DNA of 64,000 nucleotides, taken from contig RDEW01000003.1 of assembly GCA_011109175.1 (NCBI GenBank), forward strand, positions 2,119,761 to 2,183,760, written 5' to 3'. Both the position numbers and the translations under genes were made by a program. Origin of the DNA: Dicyema japonicum (taxonomy: Eukaryota > Animalia > Dicyemida). Below the pieces are notes generated by a model. It did not search any database and was not told the DNA's origin. It worked only from the letters and a program-made list of their open reading frames with translations. Positions 1 through 16,659 of the stretch are shown in pieces; within the stretch, counting starts at the first letter, position 1; every line of letters begins with the position of its first letter.

Positions 1-1644
1 TAACAGCAAGGCTCGCAATGCCTACAATGACCACATTACTTGATGAGGAAACAGCCATAATTGGCATCTTATAATATTTAATCTCCTTCAGAACATCAGA
101 TATAGTACACTTCCCATCACAATCGGGGATTATGGAGAATGAGTCAACAGATTTGATAGATTCATACATCTCAGGAACATCGAGGACCGTTCCCTCCCAA
201 CTGCCTGCAATTTCCGTTTTGGGGGTCAATAACTGGTCGGTAGATTGTTCCTCCACCTCACTGTTTACGGAGATGATTGGTATGGGGAATATCTGTAGTA
301 CAGGCAACCTCACAACCTAGTCACATGGGTTTGATTGTAGAGTCTACGAGAAGTGGAATAGTCCTGACGAACGTCCAGGTAGCAACGACCAGAGAACATA
401 TATCTTGATTGACGAAAACTCCCCCCGGAGGTTAGCTGGACTTTCTGGGATTTGGAAGACCTGAGAATAATACATGGGCTAACTGGAAGAAGATCTTTTG
501 GTCGTTTGCTGCTCGCCATGCGTATTTGCAGGTAGATCTGGTCTCGAATTTGAACAGGATCGAATGAATTGTGTCATTTTTCTACTAAATCACCAAAATA
601 CCTTTTTTCGACCGAAAAATCCGGATTTCTGAAATTCACTAACAAATCGATACCTTGGTCTTTTGCTGGTAAGATTGAACCTGCAATCATAAATTATAGT
701 AACCGAACTGACGTCCCAACCACTCAGTTTCACTTTGAGGACGTTGTTGTCGAACGTTATCTTGAGGATATCATCCCTGTCTAAGTAGTTGACCATGAGC
801 TCACCATGGACTAACAAAGTCGACCGAGTTGTTCACTAGGCACATCATACCCCGGTGGGAAAAATGAAGCATGACAGCGTTCTCGGAGACATTCTTTGCC
901 TCGTGGGGATCCATTCCATAGCTAGGCTGGAGTGCTGCAAGCTTGTTGAACTTGGTCTCAGCCACTGACTTGTCCATCCCTCTGAAATATGTCACATATA
1001 AAACCTCAATGACCTATATTGATCGATTACTCTGGAATCCAGGTTTGATCGAGCGTTCACGTTTGGAAGAATGAAGAATTTCTCGTAAAGGACTGTTTCC
1101 TGAGGAGAAAAGGTGCCGTAAAAGGCTTACCGATAAAACAGAAACCAACCTTGCAGTGAAAGGGATTTGAGAGAGACAGTGTCATTTTCATTACAAATGA
1201 GTCTTCCACACAGCAAATCTCGTTTGAGTTGTAAAAACAGGTAATACCTGCTTATAAACACAGCAAACCCGGTGATTTGGTCCAAGTCCATGAGAACGTT
1301 AGGAGGGGGATAATATTTGATCCTCAGCAAGAGAACCGTAGAAGATGAGTCTACAAATGCTTACAAAGCTCACGTTTTAGCTGTTTTCCCACGGGTTTGT
1401 GTAACTGAAGCCATCGCTAAAAATAAAACACTATAAAACTCGCTGGTGATTTTTGTCAAAATACCTCAGCCCGAAATACTCCTTTTCGAGAATATTTAGG
1501 CTATCACAAACAATTTGAAACACATGAGAACCCGGCGAGTCACTCTAACACGTGACTGAACACACTAACCGTCACAGTACTCTCAATGGGGTTTACATCC
1601 TCAAATGACATGATTGTCAAAGTCAGCGGGCGACCCGTTACCAT
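1..1644 (-). CDS. FERM-domain protein, FRMD3/FRMD5-like, multi-exon, runs off the window start
   Basis: Spliced translation gives LNILEKEYFGLRYFD..RWL, LRIKYYPP..RYYLFLQLKRDLLCGRL and YGMDPHEAKNVSENAVML (FERM N/M/C lobes). A hydrophobic stretch begins at the window edge. Introns are about 23-25 nt. Confidence 0.8.
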
Positions 1645-1716
1645 TAGAAAATTCAAATAAAGTTTATTCCAAAATTAAAGGATTTGAATAATTTTAAGTT
1701 AAAATATATTAAATGA

Positions 1717-3478
1717 CTAGGACACACAACCCTTCAGATATTGTGGGGATCTGTTACTCCGGACGGTCTCCATGTCAATGCGGACACCACAGAACTTCTC
1801 CGGAGAATCAGGCAACTCAAACATAGGGTCTAGCAAGATCTTCTCCTACAAGGTCACCCTAGAATGCCTACAACGATGGCTCGAAGTCCTCTGGCTCCTG
1901 TTCCCTTCTTTAATGCCTGTTTCGCAATTTCTGATAGAGCATCGTCAGTAAATTCAAGTTTCATCTACACATCAGCCCATCCCAACCTGGTCCATCTTAA
2001 AGAGGGTCTCAAACTGAGTTATCAGAGCGTTGTGAGGTTCTGTAAGAATATTGACAAGCATATTATGGTTTAATCCATGAAAGGGAACAGTAATCGGGAA
2101 CCGACCCAACAAACTCAGGGATCATTCCAAACTCAATTAAGTCCTTCCCCTCAACCTTCAATTCAACCAAACAAGTACCTCATTGAACAGCCTATCCATC
2201 TCCTCCTGTCTGCGAACAGCCTCTTCTAAAGACTCACTATCAGATGACAATTCCAACTGTGACACAGAGGAGTTTGATCGATCGTTTGCGGTTTCCAAAT
2301 TAAATCCGATTGACTGAAATTAGCAAAACACGACTTTTTTACTCAGCCTTTTAGAGATTATCTTATCGATTGAGTTAAATGCCCCAGAGGCTATAAAGAG
2401 AATATCCGTAGTATCGAATGAGATCATTTCGCCCCTCAGTTTGCTGTTAACCTTCTCAGGGATCTTTATTACGGTCCCTTCAAGCATTCTTAGCATCGCC
2501 CTTTGAACTCCTTCACCTCCTACGTCTCTGTGCTGATGTAAGCTCGATCTGTTAGACCCTACTTTGTCCACTTCGTCAAAGAATACAATCCCTAGCGTCA
2601 GCCAAAACCCAAACCCTGCTGAGCCCTGTCCACGTTGTAATCGGCTTCTTGTAGTAACCTGACAATCACGGATTCCACGTCAGCCCCGACATACCCAGCT
2701 TCAGTTAAAGTAGTGCAGTCACATATCACTATTGGGACATTCAAACACTGAGCTATCGTCTTGGCTAACAAAGTCTTTCCTGAAATGAGGATATAATGCT
2801 AACCAGAACCAGTAGGGCCTAACATGATAATGTTGCTCTTTTCCAGCAGTAGAGGAGGCTTTTTGTCCAGGAAGACTTCAAAGGCTTCACTTGACTTGTC
2901 AGTGTCATCACTAGTGTGGTAAGGAACAACTGGGGGAGCCGAATTGTTAGCTTTACTGCCATTATAAAGACGTTTGTAGTGATTGTATATGGCAACAGAC
3001 AACACTTTCTTTGCGGTCTCCTGCCCGATAATATAATTCCCCAAATAATTGAAAATCTGTCGGTTAACATAAATGGGACCTGCCTGGGAGCTATTGGTTT
3101 GTATTTGGGGTCGTTTGTTGGGTGGGATGGAACCATATTAAGGTTAGGTATTCCAGAATCTGTGGTTATGCTGTTGAGGAATAAATGATTGCATTTCACG
3201 CATTTTATGAATCTCACAAGGGCTGGGATAACATGAAAGCACTACCTCCAATATTCTCTAAACGTGACTCTGGGTGGTGACAGCGAGGACAGGCTATCAA
3301 ACTGCTGTATTTCTCTGCAAGACGACTTTCTGCGAGTCCTCAGTTTCTTTCCCCCATCTCCATTGATACTCATGGTCCTTTTCACAATGAAAGGGGACCC
3401 CATCTTCCACTCAGAATAGTATCTGGGCAGTACATTGGGGAGAACACTAATCCTGCATAGAAAGCGGATATACGACAT
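1717..3478 (-). CDS. CLPX: Mitochondrial ClpX AAA+ unfoldase
   Basis: CPRC..FIKCVKC zinc motif, [23 protein letters not shown], Walker [34 protein letters not shown]. Introns 22-26 nt. One extra base at about 2105-2107 breaks the frame between EFVG and RFP. Confidence 0.95.
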
Positions 3479-3545
3479 GGCAAGTTCAATAGAGAAGTTT
3501 TAAATTTCGATTTTATAATTATAAAACAAATTATATATTTGAAAA

Positions 3546-8276
<4,731 letters not shown>

Positions 8277-8346
8277 TTAATGAACTCGATGACTTTTAAA
8301 TTATTTTATTTTAATTATAAAATTTTTAAATTTTTTATATTTAATC

Positions 8347-9839
8347 ATGCCTAATTTGCTAACGTTAATTTCACTCAGACGATTTCTTTCTTCTAAGAGT
8401 CTTCAAAGTTCGAACAGCAAGTCTCAGTCATTCAAGACTAATTACGGGACCGTGACTTTTGATTCTCCATTAGTCAATGGTTCTCAGTCCTGTGACTATT
8501 CTAGTCCCCTCGATTTTCAAAGAAGTATATAATTCGAAGCAGTCAGTCAAATGCAAGGATTTATATTACGAGATTACAGAGGATACTTCAAAGAGTATTC
8601 AAAATTCATCCACTAACGGGAAACATGGGTCATTCAAGACCAGCTACAAGAGTATGACTTTGAATTCTCCTTTAAACAATGGTCGTCTGTGTTATGAGTT
8701 ACTTAGTCCCCTCGATTTTCCGAGAAATGTATAAACCGGAGATGAAAGACAAACACAAGAATTTGTGCCACGAAATCAAGAGTACTTTGAAGTTGTATTG
8801 TAGACAGTGAAAATTCGATTTTAAAGACTTAAGACCGACTCTCCGTGTTATTTAATGAACCACAAAACGTGGAAGAGTCGGGAAGAGATTGTGAATATTT
8901 GTGCCAACTCTGTGATCCACAATGACGGTTGAGTTAGTCATGATTTGAAGATTCAGTTTTAGTTGTGGACAAACCATATGGGATAACAGTCCATAAGGGT
9001 AGTATTCTGGTATTCAACAGATGTCAACTATCCTTACGACTTGAGGACTGTTCTATTATCTGTGGCTGCACAACTCGGCATCAATGACCCGTCGTCCTTC
9101 CATCCGATTGGAAGACCTGACCTTAGGACCACTGGGGTGGTCATTTTTGCGAAGTTAGTCCTTTTTGTCATATTAGAACGCTTGAAGCTGCCAAAATGTA
9201 CAGGGTTCTATATAGCAATGGGCAAGTCGATAAAACTTACAGAGCCGTGGTTCGGGGGATTCCTGATCAGCTCGTGGGTTTGTAATTTGTTAATGTGGGG
9301 ATATTAACGTACCTGTTGGTGAGATCAAATGTTCAGATAGCCGATATAAGGTTCTTCTGTAGCTAACTGTAGATCTCTATTCCTTCCTCCGCCTTTATGA
9401 ATCAGCCTAGCTTCAAAAAGCAGATTCACGACAAACGGTCCTCACTCACATCCTACAAAGTACTAAGATCTAATTCAGACTCAGTTTGCTCCCTCATTGA
9501 GTGTACCACTAAGCAAGGTATATTCTTTGTAATAGTATTAGGGAGAAAACACCAGCTTAGAGTCCACCTCTCATATTTTTTGAATACTCCGATTCTGGGG
9601 GACCATCGATATTCTACCATATTAGGGAGAGTTCCTCAAGTTTAGCTGTTTCCTAATTTTAGAAACTGCTTGATTCTACGGCAGAATGTCTTGGAGTAAG
9701 ACCTTCCCTCTGCCGTCATCTTCCTATGCTTCTTCATTGCCATTCTGTTAAAATTCCCTCTCTTTCTGGAGGTGTAAAGTCATTCACAGCTGATATTCCT
9801 GATTTTTACTCCCATATATGTAAACTATTGGGTTTATAA
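8347..9839 (+). CDS. RPUSD4: Mitochondrial RluA-family pseudouridine synthase, RPUSD4-like
   Basis: VLVVDKPYGITVH, GRPDLRTTG (motif II variant), KTYRAVV, GRKHQLRVHLSYFLNTPILGDHRYS..VPQKL, LPMLLHC. The N-terminal exon structure is uncertain. Confidence 0.78.
8428..8785 (+). repeat. Two diverged tandem copies (offset 202 nt) in the RPUSD4 5' region
   Basis: TCATTCAAGAC..TAGTCCCCTCGATTTTC recurs at 8428 and 8630. Peptides: SFKTNYGTVTFDSPLVNG..SPLDFQR vs SFKTSYKSMTLNSPLNNG..SPLDFPR. Confidence 0.75.
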
Positions 9840-10592
9840 ATCCTATTTTTCTTTAATGTTCTCATTTCTGTCGAGCCTCACGCAAGTTCCATACGTGCGA
9901 TCATTTTATTAATCTTACAATGATGTAAGATTATCTGACCCTTAAGATCTAGTATCCCACATCCTTAATGTTCCTCTGAACTGCTTTTGATATTTTAGAA
10001 GAATTTGCCCTAAGCAGTAATTTGAAATTGATCGGTACATATCGAAAACTTTTTTTAAAAGCCCCAAGATTACTAAGAAAGGTGTTGAGTAAATTAATTG
10101 AGTGACCCCACCACCAAACAATTTCAAAATTTTTTCGAGAATCATGGACGAGAAGAAATAACTACTTTTCGTTAAAATTTTCTATCATTGATCTCAGGTG
10201 GGGAACACTCCCTAAGCAGTCTTCGCATGCTCTGACTTGAAGGAAGTGTCTTCCTAGGGGGAACTCCACTGGATGGTTGGTTCAAGCTCCATGGAGCCAA
10301 CAAGGAAAAAGAGGAACATGGAGTCACACTAACGTTGGCGCCACGTGACATAATTGCCATTTATGTTTGGATTAAAACGAGTCTCCGAGATATGAGAAAG
10401 ACTGTAGACTGCGGCCCTGTAATATTTTCGCTAATTCGTTGAGTTTGGTGGAATGCCTAAAGGGACACTGAAAACAATCAATCTTAGCAGCTTTCCCCAT
10501 GTCTTAATAAAGAAACAGAAAACAATTCAAATAAAAAAACACATAAAATGAAAGTTTATTAGAAATAAAACCGAATAGTAAAAGAAAGAAAA

Positions 10593-11629
10593 TTAACCAA
10601 AGATATCGGAAAAAGCATCACTTTCCTCTTCTTCCTCAACAGCGGATGATTTGGTCTCCTCCACTGCCACAGTTTCTTCGACAACCTCAGCCAGTTCCTC
10701 TGTTCTGAGAAACAACTCAGGGTTCTCCAGCATCTCCTTCAACTACGACATAATTAGACAAGATACAGAACGTGCCTCAGGCAAATCATATTCAGCGGCA
10801 AGGGCCACATTAATCATATCCCTCAAACAAACTCCAATAGAATGGGTCACTGACATCTGAGTGGGGTACTCTATGGCCACAGAAAATGCGGAGAAATCAT
10901 TCAGGGTCTCCTTCAAGGATGTGTCGAAGTCATCAGTTCCAATATCCAACAAGGAATCATCGAAAACACAACCATCGTCAAAAACTAGAGTCAGGAAAAA
11001 AGCAACCTTTAAGCACAGTGAGTCCGTAGAGAAGGGGAGTTATTTTAAGAGCTCTAAAGTAAAGCTTCGTTGGGTCCGACTTTCTGACCTTCTCTCAGCA
11101 CGAGTTTTGCAGTGGTCATTTCCAAGGTCCCCTTCACAACTTTGGTGGGGACTCCAAGGACCTGGAAAAGGCCGATCTTGTCAGGGGGCATTCCAGTGTT
11201 GTGAGGTGGAATTACGACCTCTTTCTGAGCGATGGACCCCACTTTAGCCGCAGCCACACGTGTATTGGCTACAAGGCGCTCTCTCACAGTCATCATATCG
11301 TTCTTCACAAATACGATTCCGACGTTGTGATTCAAATGGTTGTAAAGTCTACCTATTATACATAGAAATACTGATTAAAGTCGGCCCCCATCTCGTCCAT
11401 GTTCTTCAGGGCATATTTTATGAGTGTTTTCTTTCCAAACAATAGCGTAGCATCTCCCTTGAGGGTCTTTCTTACTTGATGAATCTGAGAGGAAGACACG
11501 TTATCACATTTTACTATAAAACACTTTTCATGAGTAGCAAATAACTAATATCGGTCAAAACTCCAGTCCTACCTCTCTTGTTCTGCTTATGCACTCATCT
11601 TTCCACGCTCTTCTATTTGCACGTACCAT
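10593..11629 (-). CDS. RPLP0: 60S acidic ribosomal protein P0; 5 exons, introns 11545-11572, 11349-11371, 10985-11006, 10743-10766
   Basis: Fully in-frame after removing 28, 23, 22 and 24 nt GT-AG introns: MVRANRRAWK..DNVSSSQIHQVRKTL..GKKT..NVGIVF..IPPHNTGMPP..GQKVG..acidic tail EEEESDAFSDIFG*. Confidence 0.97.
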
Positions 11630-11849
11630 ATAAACGTTAACTGCACGTTTTAAATTTAAATACTATTTAGATTATTAATTTATTATAAATAAGAATATAA
11701 AATATTTATTTTTTAATTAAAATCGCTTTCTAAAAGATCAACTGCTATTCTTAATCAGTTGCCTTTGACATCTTTTTAGTGATCTTGAGGTTTCTTAAAT
11801 TAATAAACGAAATCGAAAAACAAAATTAGAGTTATAGGGGTTTGGATAA

Positions 11850-12960
11850 ACTACGTGACAATCTTCCTAATGTTCATGAGAGAAATCCGTTCGAATAGCC
11901 AGCAACTTTTGAAGATTACCTGAAGGGGCTGAGATTCGTTTTTCCAAGTTTTTTAAATAAATCGTTGAAAGAGATTCCGAGAGATTCAGAGTTTTTATAG
12001 CAAGAGAAACAAATTTTACATCTTCGATGAGATCAGCATACTTTCGGTGCTTAAATGTATCAGCCTTCCAAGTGGCTGTACATACATTAAACCTTTCTGA
12101 GGAAAGTTGCTTAGAGCGGAGATGTCTCAGACTCGGAACTTACAAGAAGCAATCAGAAAGAGTTCATTTCTTAGGACGTTTTCACTTCGTCTCCACATCA
12201 CATCAGGTTCGAGCACGAAAAGAAAAACCAGGCTTTTTAAAAGCCTGTCGGACAACTTCGTTTAATAGTTGGCGACTGGGGACCCTGCTGGCACTCCACT
12301 TGAAACCGAGTGGAAGTATTCTTAACTGTCAATCCTTTCAACGCGTCTGAACTGGTTAGTATACGGATCTTCGGTCTAAATCACAGCAAGACTCCGATTC
12401 AAATCGAGTCGTCTTCGTGAAGACTTCCCAATACTGTTTGGACTCACGTTGAATCAGGACCCACTTTTTGAAAAGACTCTTGACAACAAACAAGCATGTG
12501 TGGTTCATGGACTCGAGCAATTTTTCAAAAGATTTCCCCCAAGCAACATTCCTTGTATATCCAGGGATGGAGAAAAAAGAATAGGCACGATTCCAGATCT
12601 CGACTTTCTGGTCTGAAGAAAATTCTGGGAAGGAGTATAGTATCTTCCTGGTTATAGAATTGGAGGACACAAGAGACAAAGGCAGAAAAACATTGAGAGA
12701 GGATAGAATCCCAAGACCACTGAATCTGACAGGCAGTGTGGCCGTTGTAGCGAACGTTGCAAATGTGCTCGGCCACTTCGTGAAGAGAGAGTCAATACAA
12801 GTTGATTTGGGGACTTCCAATTTTCAGTATTTGAAACTATCAAGAAGTCTTCGCTCTCTATTGAAGACCCTAGTATTCTCGAGAACGTAGTTAAAAGGAC
12901 GAATGGAAGGTTCATCTCACTTGAACGCTTGCCAGTGACCCAGCCCTATAGAAAGTGTGG
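11850..12960 (-). mobile_element. Degenerate CRE-like (REL endonuclease) non-LTR retrotransposon, 3' part
   Basis: ATLPVRFSGLGI (RT thumb), KHRKYADL..KFVSLAI and the WLFERISL-like terminal motif, with frameshifts. Confidence 0.7.
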
Positions 12961-13859
12961 GATCTTGAGAGGAAGAGGGAGGTATCACGTAACTGTCGTG
13001 TTTTTTTTAATTTAATTGTTAGTCTTGAAAAAATGATGTGATAGAGGCAACTAAGAGTTCTTTGTAAGAAAGTGATCCTGTATTTTGGAAGACTAGAGCA
13101 AGTATGCTTAGGATTTTAATTTATTAATCGGGAATTAAGGTAACAGTCAAAAACTAAGTTTATCCAGTTTCCACAAGCATAGAGACAAGCCCTTCCAAGA
13201 CACAAGTTCATTCAGAACCACAGTTGTAGGATGGACTGACCCAATGAAGTAGGTGGGAGCAAATGATCTTTTTTGATGCCGGTTTGGCACTGGGCGTCTC
13301 CTAGGCAAGTGGCCACATAAATTAAAAATGAAGCTAAGAAACAAGTCGAAAGGCTCTTCGACCTACTAACTTTATCCTCCTCCACTTGTTTCTGTTACAA
13401 GCGAATCCCTAGTCGTTTTGTCATCCACAAAATCTTCCAGGTTAGCTAACTCTTCCAGGTCCATTTTAATGCATGTTTAAAGACCTGTTATTCAGATTCC
13501 ACGATTTCAATTGAGATTAACGGACATTCCATCCAATCGTAGACAGTAGTTGTCATCCAATCAAAACTGCTTCCAGAGAGGCGGAAAAAAATTGCTGCCC
13601 TGTCCCTTCGAATGAAAGAAACCTGTGACTAACAATAACTTCACAGAGGGACATTCCCAGAGATCGACAGGTTTATTTGACTCTGTTCAGAAATCTGAGG
13701 TGGACCCTACCAAATAGTTTGTTTACTGGCTACGGGATGAGAGCCAAGCAACCGTTCCAAGATTTCTTTAATCAGGTTAGGAGATCCCTTGAACCATTTT
13801 TGATTTTATCTATTTTTTTATTTAACCCAAGATCACATTAAAACAAAACTAATTATCAC

Positions 13860-14770
13860 GTGATCCCGATGCATTCAAACAGGGACCTCATCTTTTCCCG
13901 ATGTTTTTTTTCGTGCCCGCACATGAACGTACAGGACGGCTGCCTGAATTTTCAGGGCCACCTTCCCGTGATCTTGAGTCTAGTCTCATAAGGGCCTTCA
14001 GAGGCGTAGGTCCGGTTCAGTGACCTTCACAAATTCAACGCTCCGTTACTCTGTAAGCCCTTTTTTGCATTTCCTCATATTTGTCCAAGATATGGACGGT
14101 CTCCACGAGGCGCATGCGTGGAGGATTATTATTATTACCCCCAGGATCACTGGGTCAAAGAGAAAGAAATAAAAGTTCTCATCTAACTAAGTGATCCCAG
14201 ACCGACAAAGGTGAGGACGAGTCCGGCGGGGTCGAGAATCCTGAACAGCTCTTCTCATTGGACATGGCTTCGGCTCAAAATTTTTGTATGATTGTAGATA
14301 ATTCGATAGTATTTGGAATAGAGGGCAGCTCGGTAGAACGGCCTCCTTTAATAGTTTCCGTTGTAGTTCAATTAAAAAATTTTCAATAGGTTGGATATTG
14401 TGATCTGGTCCAATTAACCTTATTGCAGTCTCCTCGATTGCAGGAGGAGGATTATTATTATTATTTAAGCCAAAGAAACACCGTCTTAACCAATAACTAA
14501 TATTCAGGTGATCCCGGCATCTCTCAATAATCGGGCCATTTTTTCTCGATGCTCCGACTGTGATCCCACGCATTTTCTATACGGACGGGGTCTTTTTCCT
14601 TTTCTCTTCTGAAATTGCCTCCAGTTGCCTCTATGATAGACTCGAGTGCTCTGGGGGCAATTTCTTTATCTGTATATTTTTCTAGTAACTTTTTTGCTCT
14701 TGACTGGATATCTTGAATTTTTGTTAGGTTCGTTGCCGACAGGTTAGATCCCCATGCAGCACATTAAGAG
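13860..14770 (-). mobile_element. Stack of three 5'-truncated APE-RT LINE 3' ends
   Basis: Three co-oriented ORF ends, each finishing G-I-T-stop (about 14510, 14190, 13865). (TAA)n tails follow the first two. The direct repeat GGAGGATTATTATTATTA is at 14120-14137 and 14446-14463. Confidence 0.6.
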
Positions 14771-14809
14771 ATCTATAACAATATAATAGCACGTGACAAT
14801 TTAAGAGAC

Positions 14810-15509
14810 CTAATTAAATTTATCTTTAATAATTTCAATCAATTTTTGACAAAATAAGAAGACGGGAAATCCGGTAACATTATAGAAATCGCCTTCTATT
14901 CTCCTTACCATCGTCAATGCCCCAGACTGAACACCAAAACCACCGCATCTCCCACTACTAATCAGCACTGATAACTCACTAGGCATCCCCTGTTTTTACG
15001 TAATGTTCAATTACTTGGTCGCTCAGTTCCCCCATGAATACAAGTGTCTCATCAACGAATGAATCAGTCACCCATTCTAATGAAGTATTATCGTAATATA
15101 GAATACACACTCCACTTATAACCGTACACTGCCTTCCACTCAGTCTAAAATAGCTTTATTTATCCACTTTTTTAGCGTTTGGTAGGCGTCGTCATAATCT
15201 TTGGGTTTGCCGATGATTTCCCCTTCAAAGTCAACAATTGTATCTGCGGAGATAATTACGTCATTTTTCTGAGGATTTATTATATCTGAGGCAGCCTTGG
15301 CCTTTCCTTCCGCTGTTTTTCTAGCGAATGATCGACTGTCGAAGGAAGAATACGTTCCTTCGTCGAAATCTGATTTGACGACTGTGACTTTCAGGTTCTG
15401 TAATAAACATTTATAAAACCATTCTGTCGAATAGTTCTTTCCTTGTCGGGGACCCGCTCGCTAAGTATAAATTAATATTGTCCAGATATTGTTTATATGG
15501 AGCAAGCAT
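14810..15509 (-). CDS. Maf-family nucleotide pyrophosphatase (ASMTL N-terminal type)
   Basis: LYLASGSPTRKEL, VIISADTIV..IIGKP, GGFGVQ..RIEGDFYNVTGFP. Introns about 22-23 nt. One apparent indel. Confidence 0.88.
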
Positions 15510-15648
15510 GACCAGATTTCAAACTGCAAATAATTTAATTTTAGTGACTTTATATATAAAAAGTGAAAATAAATTATATCAAAAAATCTGAAAAATCTCA
15601 ATTTGAAATTTAATTTTAATATTATTGACTTTTTATATAACAAGCGAC

Positions 15649-16142
15649 TTTGAAAAGTATGTCCGAAAAACACGAAAATTGCAACTTAAATGACTTCTTT
15701 CTTTTAACGTTCAATGTCAAAGGACTCTCTAGTGCATGGAAAAGAAAAGAACTTTGTGAAGACCTTTCAAAATACAAGATATCTATCGGATGTCTCCAAG
15801 AGACAAAAATATCGAAGGAGTTTGAAATCTTATACAAGAGAACAGGAACTGAGCCAATATCATGTGAGATTACTGATTCAAGATGGAGGCTCTTTGGACA
15901 CATACTCCGCTACGATATGGGGACCCCTGCCAACATAGCAATGGAGGAGTATTTTGTCTTAAAAGCTTCTCGTTTCCGCGGCCGCCGAGGACAACACTGC
16001 CGGGTATTCTAGATGAAGATCTCAGGATATGCTACGGAACATGGCAACGGATCGAAAAAGATGGGGGACGTTAATTAGATCGTTAACTTTTCGTGTTGCA
16101 CATGCTTTTCATGATCTTGGCATCACGTACATGCCTATAATA
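15649..16142 (+). mobile_element. Internally deleted (bipartite) RTE-like element with a 14-bp target-site duplication
   Basis: APE start (TFNVKGL..GCLQETK) is fused in frame to the RT C-terminal motif (SRWRLFGHILR..FRGR). ATATAACAAGCGAC flanks it at 15635-15648 and 16143-16156. Confidence 0.75.
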
Positions 16143-16199
16143 ATATAACAAGCGACAATAAATGATTTCAGAAGAAATGAGCCTTCGTTGGATTAATTA

Positions 16200-16620
16200 G
16201 TTGCGACTTTATAAAAGTGCTGTTGTTCACCATTGTCCGGTGTTCCCCCAATTACCCCACCACTGAAAGTAACCACGTCGTTTCTCGCTCACGAGAGTTT
16301 GTAGAAATGTGGGCCTCTTGCAGAACGCGCTGGGTTTTGAGTTTCCAATGACGACAAATTTTATGTATCTGACTTCTCGCTGCGTAGTCGGAGGAAACAG
16401 AGTCCACTCTTTTTAATCGCTAATGAACTCAGGAAGGGAAAGAAGTAACTAGGGTGATCACTACAGATTTGAAGGAGTTGAGTTCCTTTTCGTTAGAAGG
16501 TGGAAAGTCGGATGAGGCAAGATCATTTGTTATGTCGATCTAATATTGATATCCCTGAAAATCCGTCGAAACCTGAAAGTGATTTGATCAACGAATTCCT
16601 CCCAAGATGAGGGACCAGTC
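16200..16620 (-). mobile_element. Possible BEL/Pao-type gag zinc-knuckle remnant
   Basis: Frameshifted Cys/His pattern KSGLCFL..KICR..AFCKRPH. Confidence 0.3.
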
Positions 16621-16659
16621 TTAATCGATTTCGTTACTACGACGACGTCGTCGAAGAAA

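Noticed and set aside
9942-10360. Two short minus-strand ORFs as a host gene
   Set aside because: No recognisable domain or convincing splice path. It may be a TE remnant.
13000-13790. Coding-like segment (MDLEELANLEDFVDD..) faintly resembling the POLD3 N-terminus
   Set aside because: No consistent spliced frame or further conserved motif could be built.
14187-14573. 128-aa ORF as a Penelope GIY-YIG endonuclease
   Set aside because: The ORF reads through a (TAA)n tail (poly-N) and joins two separate LINE 3' fragments. There is no GIY-YIG core or hammerhead motif.
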